Shown here piece after piece: positions 28,445 to 35,441 of a stretch of DNA of 35,441 nt; within the stretch, counting starts at the first letter, position 1, and every line of letters starts with the position of its first letter. Source of the stretch: Sphingomicrobium sp. (lineage in GTDB: Bacteria > Pseudomonadota > Alphaproteobacteria > Sphingomonadales > Sphingomonadaceae). The position numbers and the translations under genes are program-made. The stretch spans positions 1 to 35,441 of the forward strand of contig DASUCP010000121.1 in assembly GCA_036275975.1 (NCBI GenBank), in the 5' to 3' direction. Below the pieces are notes generated by a model, which did not search any database, was not told where the DNA came from, and worked only from the letters and a program-made list of their open reading frames with translations.

Positions 28445-29759
28445 TCGGGCGGTCCCGGTCGCAATCATCGGCGGCGGCTTTTCCGGGACCATTCTTGCAG
28501 CACAGCTGGCGCGACGCGGAATCGATTCCGTGCTGGTCGACGGCAGCGGCCGGGCAGGGAAGGGCGTCGCTTACTCAACCACCGAGCCTGCCCACCTTTT
28601 GAACGTGCGCGCCGAGGGCATGAGCGCATGGTCTGGCGAGCCCGATCACTTCGCCACGCGCTTCGAGGCGGCGGGGGGTGATCGCCGCGGTTTCGCCCAG
28701 CGGCGCTTCTTCGCCGGCTATCTCAAGGACATTCTGGACGACGCCGTCGCCAGCGGTCGAGTGCAACTGCTTCATGGCTCCGCAGTCGCTGCAAATCGCC
28801 GAGATGGGCAATGGCAAGTCAGCTTTGAAGACGGCTCCTCGATCGACGCGAACGGCATTGTCCTGGCCACCGGAAATCAAGAACCGGATTCGCTTCGCGC
28901 GTTCGCATCCGCTGGAAGCCGCTGGATCGCCAACCCTTGGGGTGCAGACGCGCGCGGAGCCGTCGAGGAGCTAGTTCAAAGCGGAGGCGCCGCGTTGCTC
29001 GTCGGTACTGGGCTCACCATGGTCGACGTCGTCCTTTCGCTCGACGCTGCAGGACACACGGGCCACATCGTCGCGCTTTCGCGCCGAGGGCTCGCACCGC
29101 GCGCGCATGCAGATTTCGAGTCCGCGCCGGTTGAAGCAGCCGAAGTTCCTCATGGCAGTGTTCGTTCACTCTGGCGCTGGCTGCGCAAGCGGGGCGCCGA
29201 ACATGGATGGCGCGCGGCGATCGACAGCCTTCGTCCGCACAGCCACGCGCTCTGGCAAAGTCTCGACGGCGAGGAGCAACGCCGCTTCCTTCGCCACGCG
29301 CGGCCATGGTGGGACGTCCACCGCCACCGCATCGCACCGGAGGTCGCCGGAGTGATCAAGCGGCTCGTCGCCGACGGCCGTCTCGAGATAATGGCTGGAC
29401 GGATCCTATCCGCAACCTCGACCGACACTGGCCTTGACGTCGAATTCCGCAGGCGCCGCTCGGCTGCGTCCAGCCAGATGACGTTCGACTATGCGTTCAA
29501 CTGCACGGGCCCGCTTCATTCGATGGAGCACACGAGGGACGCGCTTCTTCGTAGTCTCCTTGATTCCGGGCAGGTGCGCCCCGATCATCTCGGTATCGGG
29601 CTCGAGGTGGACGAGGCCTCTCACGCCGTCGGCGGGGAACTTCTGTGGGCTTTGGGTCCTCTTACCAAGGGCCGATATTGGGAGATTATCGCGGTTCCCG
29701 ATATTCGCGAGCAGGCGGCCGCGGTCGCAGACGACATTGCCCGGGAGCTGAACTCATGA
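28434..29759 (+). CDS. FAD/NAD(P)-binding oxidoreductase (COG4529-like)
   Basis: [45 protein letters not shown]. Confidence 0.88.
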   Translation: MKSDRAVPVAIIGGGFSGTILAAQLARRGIDSVLVDGSGRAGKGVAYSTTEPAHLLNVRAEGMSAWSGEPDHFATRFEAAGGDRRGFAQRRFFAGYLKDILDDAVASGRVQLLHGSAVAANRRDGQWQVSFEDGSSIDANGIVLATGNQEPDSLRAFASAGSRWIANPWGADARGAVEELVQSGGAALLVGTGLTMVDVVLSLDAAGHTGHIVALSRRGLAPRAHADFESAPVEAAEVPHGSVRSLWRWLRKRGAEHGWRAAIDSLRPHSHALWQSLDGEEQRRFLRHARPWWDVHRHRIAPEVAGVIKRLVADGRLEIMAGRILSATSTDTGLDVEFRRRRSAASSQMTFDYAFNCTGPLHSMEHTRDALLRSLLDSGQVRPDHLGIGLEVDEASHAVGGELLWALGPLTKGRYWEIIAVPDIREQAAAVADDIARELNS

Positions 29760-30382
29760 ATTCCCCCTTCGAATTTGGTGAGCCCGAAGACGGCGACCTG
29801 GTTGACGATACGCCAGCTGCGGAGATCCCAGCCGACGTCAATGACGCGATCCGGACGCTGATCCGCTGGGCTGGCGATGATCCCGACCGCGAAGGGCTGC
29901 TCGATACGCCTCGCCGGGTCGCATGCGCGTGGAAGGAATATGCCCGCGGCTACGAAGAAGATCCCGCTGTGCATCTCAGCCGCACGTTTGAGGAAGTCGG
30001 CGGTTATGATGAAATCGTGCTGCTCAAGGACATTCCGTTCCAGTCGCACTGCGAGCACCACATGGCGCCAATCATCGGCAAGGCCTCGATCGCCTATCTG
30101 CCGGGGGACAAGGTCGTCGGGATCAGCAAGCTCGCGCGCGTGCTACACGGCTTTGCGAGGCGGCTGCAGGTCCAGGAGCGCCTTACGGCGCAGGTTGCGG
30201 ATACGATCTGGGAGCATTTGCAGCCCAAGGCTGTCGCGGTGATCATAGAGGCGAGCCACGCCTGCATGACTGCGCGCGGCGTGAATACGCCGGGCGTGAT
30301 GATGACCACCAGCCGCATGATGGGCACCTTCCGCGAGGACGAACGGAGCCGGCGCGAGGTGCTCGCGCTGATGGGCTACTAA
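29756..30382 (+). CDS. folE: GTP cyclohydrolase I
   Basis: [39 protein letters not shown]. Confidence 0.96.
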   Translation: MNSPFEFGEPEDGDLVDDTPAAEIPADVNDAIRTLIRWAGDDPDREGLLDTPRRVACAWKEYARGYEEDPAVHLSRTFEEVGGYDEIVLLKDIPFQSHCEHHMAPIIGKASIAYLPGDKVVGISKLARVLHGFARRLQVQERLTAQVADTIWEHLQPKAVAVIIEASHACMTARGVNTPGVMMTTSRMMGTFREDERSRREVLALMGY

Positions 30383-30399
30383 TCTAGCGAATAAGCAGC

Positions 30400-30430
30400 G
30401 GGGCGATCCCGCTGGCCTGAGGATCGCCCC
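30400..30430. terminator. Hairpin between convergent folE and PA2169-like genes
   Basis: GGGGCGATCC-N11-GGATCGCCCC; only a weak U-rich tail on the minus strand. Confidence 0.55.
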
Positions 30431-30461
30431 ACGCCCCACCCCATTTCCAGGGGTCAGGTTG

Positions 30462-30926
30462 TTACGCGTGCGATTCCATGCCGTGCTTGAGCTGGCTCAT
30501 CTGGTCGTGTCCCGAACGGACGGACTGGTAGCAGTGTTCCACCACGGATCGGCTCTCGCCGCTCAGCGTGTCGCAGTTCAGCGCCGTCTCAAACTTCTCC
30601 TTGAGATAGTCCTCGCCGCGCTCGACCTCGTTGATGATCGCCTTCTCGTCCTGGCCGGTGATCGCCGCCTTCAGATCCTCGAAGCGCTGATGCGTCTTGC
30701 CCATGAATGACCCGTCGTCCTCCGGGTTGCCGCCGAGACGACGCACTTCAGCTCGCAGCTGCTCGACAACTTGCTGGCGCTCGCTGGCGCGTTCGCGGAA
30801 GATCTCGGCGAACCGCTGGTTGTCGATGTCCTTCGCCGAATTCTCGTATCCGGTGACGCTGTCGATAGTCGTGGCGATCAGCGTGTTGAGGGTGCTGATC
30901 TCTTCCGAATGATTGTGGTCGTTCAT
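30462..30926 (-). CDS. PA2169/DUF2383 ferritin-like four-helix bundle protein
   Basis: LNTLI.T..DS..GY, V.RLGG.P...GS, E.ERGED; GGGAG SD. Confidence 0.9.
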   Translation of the reverse strand: MNDHNHSEEISTLNTLIATTIDSVTGYENSAKDIDNQRFAEIFRERASERQQVVEQLRAEVRRLGGNPEDDGSFMGKTHQRFEDLKAAITGQDEKAIINEVERGEDYLKEKFETALNCDTLSGESRSVVEHCYQSVRSGHDQMSQLKHGMESHA

Positions 30927-31088
30927 GCGATTACTCCCGCGGGTTGAAGGGTTCAGACAGGGAGAACGCGCGAGGCCTCGAGCCGATGCGGGCGAACGGT
31001 CGATATTTGTGGCCCTCGACCGCGAATTGTTGTCACTTTGCCGTTCGGACCCGCGTGGGGGCACGCGAGTCGCAGCAGGGGGCAGGGG

Positions 31089-32660
31089 ATGGCGCTCACT
31101 CGTCGCGCACTTCTCGAACAAATCGGCCGCGTCGGGGGTCTCGGCGCAACCTACATGGCGATGGAGACGCTGGGGCTGGCGATCCCGACACCGGCGGGCG
31201 CCGAGAATTTCTCGCTTCCGCACGGAAGCGGGGCGGGCCGATCGGTGGTCATTCTGGGAGCCGGTATCGCAGGGCTTGTCTCCGCTTATGAGCTGCAGCG
31301 CGCGGGCTACCGTGTCACCGTCCTCGAGGCCCGCGACCGGATTGGCGGCCGCTCGTGGACCATCCGCGGCGGCGACAAGATCGTCCAAATCGGCAGGCCA
31401 GACCAGCTAGCAACCTTTGCCTCTGGGCAATATTTCAATTCCGGTCCCGCACGAATTCCGAGCACGCACCGGCTGATCCTCAGCTACGCTCGGCGTTTCG
31501 GCGTTCAGCTCGAGCCGTTCATCAATGTCAACCGCAACGCCGGCTGGGACTTCGGCGGCAAGGTCCAGCCAGAGCGGCGCATGGTCGAGGACATGCGCGG
31601 GCATCTGGCTGAGCTCCTCGCCAAAGCCATCGATCTCAAGGCACTCGACCAAGCCGTCCCGAAGGACGAGCTCGCCGCGGTCCGTCAGTTCCTCGCGCCC
31701 TATGCGAATGTCGGCACCGACGGAGTTTACCGGCCGACCGGCCGTTCCGGCTATGCAGTCGACGGCGGCGGCTATAACCAGGCGCCGGTGCCTCTACCGG
31801 CGCTAGGGGTGAAGGATCTTGCCCCGTCGCCAGCGGTCGTTCTGCCTTATGTGTTCGAGCATATCTGGGACATGCAGGCGACGATGCTTCAGCCGGTGGG
31901 CGGCATGGATCGGATTGCCCACGCAATCTACGAGCAGGTGAAGCCGGCGGTGCGGCTGCGCACGCCCATTACGGCGATCGGGCGTTCGGGCAATCGCGTG
32001 CGGATCGAGCATGGAGCCGGAATGACCGAGGCAGATTACTGCATCTGCACAATCCCATTGCCCGTTCTTGCCCGGATCCCGAACGACTTCTCACCGGCCA
32101 AAAAGGCCGCGATTGCCGGTGCGCCAGCGTACCTGCATAGCGTAAAGCTCGCCTTCGAGGCGCCGCGCTTCTGGGAGACGGACGACAATATCTTCGGCGG
32201 CCTCGCCTGGACTGATCGATTGAACGAGAACGTCATGTACCCGTCTGGAGGAATCGGCACTCCCAAAGGGGTGATCGTAGGTGCTTACTGTGCCGGCTGG
32301 ACGCACCAAAACACCCCAGACTCCTTCGCCGCGCTGTCGCACGAACAAAGGTTCAAGATCAGCCGTGATTCCATCGAGGCTCTGCATCCCGGACGTTCGC
32401 ACCTGCTCGGCAAGGGCGTCACCGTCGCGTGGGGTCTGACCCCTTTTTCCGAAGGCGTCGGAGCGATGTGGGGCGACGCTGACTTCGGCGGTAATCCCAC
32501 GCGTGGTCCTGTTTATGCCGAGCTCTTGAAACCGGAGGGCCCGATCGTCTTCGCCGGCGAGCATTTGAGCTATCAGCCGACCTGGCAGGAGGGCGCCGCG
32601 ACTTCCGCGCACGAAGCATTAAAGCTCGTCGCGGCAATGGCTAAGGCGAAAGCGGCCTAA
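31089..32660 (+). CDS. Tat-exported flavin monoamine/L-amino-acid oxidase
   Basis: TRRALL Tat motif, LGAGIAG, EARDRIGGR, GGMDRI, FAGEHLS..WQEGA. Confidence 0.9.
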   Translation: MALTRRALLEQIGRVGGLGATYMAMETLGLAIPTPAGAENFSLPHGSGAGRSVVILGAGIAGLVSAYELQRAGYRVTVLEARDRIGGRSWTIRGGDKIVQIGRPDQLATFASGQYFNSGPARIPSTHRLILSYARRFGVQLEPFINVNRNAGWDFGGKVQPERRMVEDMRGHLAELLAKAIDLKALDQAVPKDELAAVRQFLAPYANVGTDGVYRPTGRSGYAVDGGGYNQAPVPLPALGVKDLAPSPAVVLPYVFEHIWDMQATMLQPVGGMDRIAHAIYEQVKPAVRLRTPITAIGRSGNRVRIEHGAGMTEADYCICTIPLPVLARIPNDFSPAKKAAIAGAPAYLHSVKLAFEAPRFWETDDNIFGGLAWTDRLNENVMYPSGGIGTPKGVIVGAYCAGWTHQNTPDSFAALSHEQRFKISRDSIEALHPGRSHLLGKGVTVAWGLTPFSEGVGAMWGDADFGGNPTRGPVYAELLKPEGPIVFAGEHLSYQPTWQEGAATSAHEALKLVAAMAKAKAA

Positions 32661-33412
32661 GCTCCGACCCCTGGCAGGTGGGCGGCGACGCTCGCCCACG
32701 GCAGGTTCAACCAGAAGACCGAGAGCGGGAACACGACCCATAGGGCCATCATCGCTATGCCGAGCTTGGTGGCGGGGTGCACATGCCCGATCGAGCGGCG
32801 GTCGTGCATAATCAGCGGGACGAATAGCAGGAAACCAAGCAGCACCTGGACCGTAAAGACGGGAAGGATCGGCGGGCCGATGGGCAGCCGGCCGATGCTC
32901 GGGCCCGCCACCACCAGCATCGCGGCGCTCAGCATCATGCGCTTATGAAACTGCACGTCGCGCCGATGGGTCCAGCCGTTCCACACGAGGATCGCGAACG
33001 GGACGATCGTCGCGAGCGGAACGATGGTCCACGTGAGCGGATCGGTGAAAGGCGCCTGATTGGCGCGCGCGACCTGCCACACTGCGGTAAGATACATCAC
33101 CGGAATCATCAGGATCGCGAACAGCATGCCCAGCTTTCCGAGCCGCATGTGCACTTCATGCTTGCGCGCGGCGATCAGCTGGGTCTGGGCGATGATCAGG
33201 GCCATCCAGACCGTGAAGACCGACCCGTGGAGGACGACGCTCGGCGGCAGCGTCGGGTTCGGCCGCGGATAGGGCGGCACGATGCCTCTCAGGTAGAAGC
33301 TCGGGCTGAAGCCGAGCAGCACGAGGAAAACGAGGAACAGCGCCATGCGCGTGTAGAATTTGCGCTCGGACGTTTTGCGGTCGACCGGCGAGGCAGCAAT
33401 CGTCGCCATCAT
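32657..33412 (-). CDS. Multi-pass membrane hypothetical protein with conserved-looking His residues
   Basis: About 7 TM helices; VLHG, VHMRLG, FHKRMM, VHPAT. Confidence 0.85.
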   Translation of the reverse strand: MMATIAASPVDRKTSERKFYTRMALFLVFLVLLGFSPSFYLRGIVPPYPRPNPTLPPSVVLHGSVFTVWMALIIAQTQLIAARKHEVHMRLGKLGMLFAILMIPVMYLTAVWQVARANQAPFTDPLTWTIVPLATIVPFAILVWNGWTHRRDVQFHKRMMLSAAMLVVAGPSIGRLPIGPPILPVFTVQVLLGFLLFVPLIMHDRRSIGHVHPATKLGIAMMALWVVFPLSVFWLNLPWASVAAHLPGVGA

Positions 33413-33547
33413 CACCCCCCAGGCAAATGGCTGAACGGACACGGACATTGGTCCAATTTCCGCGTGCGATCAACGCGGGATTGGGAACGCTAGCGTAATT
33501 TGGCGCACATCAATACAACGCAGATCAACTCACTGAAGGGGACGCCG

Positions 33548-34309
33548 ATGCGTTCGATCCAACATCTCGCTCTCGTTCTCATGCTCGCTGGAACGCCGCT
33601 TGCTGCAAAGCCCGCTGCTCCGGTCACTATCGCGGCTGCGGTCGCAGCACCCGAGCGGACTGCTGACAACGTCAAGCTCGACGCAGGCCGCAAGCCCGCA
33701 CAGGTGCTCCAGTTCCTCGGCCTCAAGCCCGGAATCCAGGTCCTCGACCTGTTCGGTGCAAATGCCTATTGGGCGGAGATTACCTCACCGGTGGTCGGAC
33801 CGAGCGGTCATGTCACCGTCTGGATGCCGAGCCAATTTTACAGGCCGAAGACACAGGCGAGCTTCGAAGCCTTCGAAGCGAAGCACCCGAACGTATCGAT
33901 CGTGACCTCGCCGTTCGAAGCGCCCGCACTTCCGAAGAATTACGCCGACTGGGTGATCCTCAACGACAATTATCACGATACCTATTGGCAGAACCCCAAG
34001 CTCGGCATCCCGCAGATGGATCCGAACGCTTTCCTGAAAGCGGTCTACGCGTCGATGAAGCCCGGCGCGGTGATCGGTGTCGTCGACCATGTCGCGAATC
34101 CGAACAACGACACCCGCGCCACCGTCGAAAAGCTTCACCGGATCGATCCGAACGTCGTGAAGGCGGACTTCAAGCGCGCCGGCTTCGTGTTCGTCGGCAG
34201 CAGCGACATCCTACGCAACCCGGCCGACAAGCACGACATCGAGGTGCACCAGGACAGCATCAAGGGCCTCACCGACCGCTTCATCTTCAAGTTCAAGAAG
34301 CCGCGTTGA
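33548..34309 (+). CDS. Exported class I SAM-methyltransferase-fold protein (COG4798-like)
   Basis: Signal peptide (LA-A), D..RKP..VL.F.GLKPG..VLD, YHD, KPG.V..VVDH, LHRID, TDRF. Confidence 0.85.
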   Translation: MRSIQHLALVLMLAGTPLAAKPAAPVTIAAAVAAPERTADNVKLDAGRKPAQVLQFLGLKPGIQVLDLFGANAYWAEITSPVVGPSGHVTVWMPSQFYRPKTQASFEAFEAKHPNVSIVTSPFEAPALPKNYADWVILNDNYHDTYWQNPKLGIPQMDPNAFLKAVYASMKPGAVIGVVDHVANPNNDTRATVEKLHRIDPNVVKADFKRAGFVFVGSSDILRNPADKHDIEVHQDSIKGLTDRFIFKFKKPR

Positions 34310-35441
34310 GCGAAAAGCGAGAGAAAGCAGCGGGCGGCTTCCGCGCCTATTGGGCGCTTGCTGCGCTCGTCATCGGCCTTACGACGGGAGCCTTCTCGGG
34401 CGGACTTCAGGCAGGGGCTCGCGCTGACCTCATTTCGGTTGCGAGCTTCGTCGGCACATTGTGGCTGAACGCCCTCAAGATGACGGTCATTCCTCTCGTC
34501 GTGGCACTGCTCGTTGTCGGCATCGCCAAGAGCGCGGAAGCGGCCCATGCCGGGCGAGTGGCCGGCCGCTCGGTCCTGTGGATCGTGATCATCTGCACCG
34601 CCTCGGCCATCTTCGGCGCGCTCATGATCCTGTTGTTGACCCACCTGTTCCCCCTCGGGCGCCTCACGGCCGCCGAACTCCAGCACGCGCTCGCCGGCAT
34701 CGAGAACAAAGCGCCGGCTTCGCTTCCGGGCATCTCTGAGTTCTTCAAGGGCGTCATTCCCGACAACGTCGTCTCCGCAGCGGCGAATGGCGACATCCTG
34801 CCGCTGACGGTATTTTCCGTGCTCTTCGCCCTGGCCGTCGGGTTCATCGTCGAGGAGCGCAGGAAGGTTTTGGTGAGCGTCTTCGAGGCTATTTCCGACG
34901 CGCTTCTCGTCATCATCGAATGGGTGCTCTGGATAGCCCCGCTCGGCGTTCTCGCGCTCGCATTCGTGGTTGGCTCGGCTGCCGGCGGAGCCGCTTTCGC
35001 CGGCCTCGGGCACTACATCGTCCTGATCTCGGTGGTCGGAATCCTCGTAACTCTGGCCGGCTATCCGCTGGCCATCATCTTGGGTCACCTGAAGCCGGCG
35101 GCCTTTGTTCGCGCAATGATCCCGCCGCAAGCGGTTGCAATCTCGACCCGATCGTCGCTTGCTTCGCTCCCCGCGATGCTGACGTCCGCGCAAACGCTTG
35201 GCCTCCGGGACGAGGTTTCGGACGTCGCGTTGCCGATCGCGGTGGCACTCTTCCGCGCGACCGGTCCGGCTATGAATGTCGCCGTGCCGTTCTACATTGC
35301 GCATTGGCTCGGCATCCATCCTACGCTCGGCCAGATGATCGCAGCGACAGCCGTGGGGGCTGTGATGAGTTATGGCGCCGTGAGCCTGCCGGGCGAGATC
35401 ACCTACATCAGCTCGATCGCGCCGATTGCACTCGCGCTCGG
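34306..35441 (+). CDS. Dicarboxylate/amino acid:cation symporter (DAACS), 3'-truncated
   Basis: Own translation: WLNALKMTVIPLVV, IPDN, STRSSLASLP; TTG start overlaps the upstream stop; absent from ORF track because there is no stop in the window. Confidence 0.9.
   Translation, partial: MSEKREKAAGGFRAYWALAALVIGLTTGAFSGGLQAGARADLISVASFVGTLWLNALKMTVIPLVVALLVVGIAKSAEAAHAGRVAGRSVLWIVIICTASAIFGALMILLLTHLFPLGRLTAAELQHALAGIENKAPASLPGISEFFKGVIPDNVVSAAANGDILPLTVFSVLFALAVGFIVEERRKVLVSVFEAISDALLVIIEWVLWIAPLGVLALAFVVGSAAGGAAFAGLGHYIVLISVVGILVTLAGYPLAIILGHLKPAAFVRAMIPPQAVAISTRSSLASLPAMLTSAQTLGLRDEVSDVALPIAVALFRATGPAMNVAVPFYIAHWLGIHPTLGQMIAATAVGAVMSYGAVSLPGEITYISSIAPIALAL

Noticed and set aside
33484-33510. 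GGAAC as an EcfG promoter for the methyltransferase-fold gene
   Set aside because: No CGTT/GTT -10 element at the right spacing
34135-35319. 394-aa minus-strand ORF
   Set aside because: Antisense shadow of the DAACS symporter
28063-35441. Genomic island inserted at tRNA-Arg
   Set aside because: No integrase, no duplicated tRNA 3' end seen, no obvious composition shift
1-35441. CRISPR array, IS element, rRNA, defence or toxin-antitoxin system
   Set aside because: No regularly spaced repeats, transposase or nuclease motifs found by eye

Overview
High-GC, gene-dense core chromosomal segment of an alphaproteobacterium; gene order and protein families point to Sphingomonadaceae (inference). It holds about 35 CDSs and tRNA-Arg(CCT). 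The CDSs include an acyl-CoA dehydrogenase, an L,D-transpeptidase, a TM-PAS-GGDEF-EAL-PilZ protein, cysK, radA, cvpA-cysS-IscU/SufU-like-Kef, aroK, xerD-accA, an M48 protease, an orphan Flp pilin, comF-grxC-nitrilase-DUF1178, folE, a Tat-exported flavin amine oxidase and a DAACS symporter. I saw no prophage, IS element, CRISPR array or defence system. The most notable unannotated signal is a candidate ~70-nt minus-strand sRNA at 2065-2135, with two hairpins, a C-rich anti-SD-like loop, a sigma70-like promoter and a perfect 7-3-7 palindromic operator candidate. Other signals: a perfect alphaproteobacterial SOS box before radA, CtrA-like boxes, an EcfG-type promoter locked in a hairpin, a tRNA-led DUF6356-flavoprotein-folE operon, an exported methyltransferase-fold protein coupled to an amino-acid symporter, and a 44-aa membrane protein missing from the ORF track. 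All family calls come from motif recognition by eye, not database searches.
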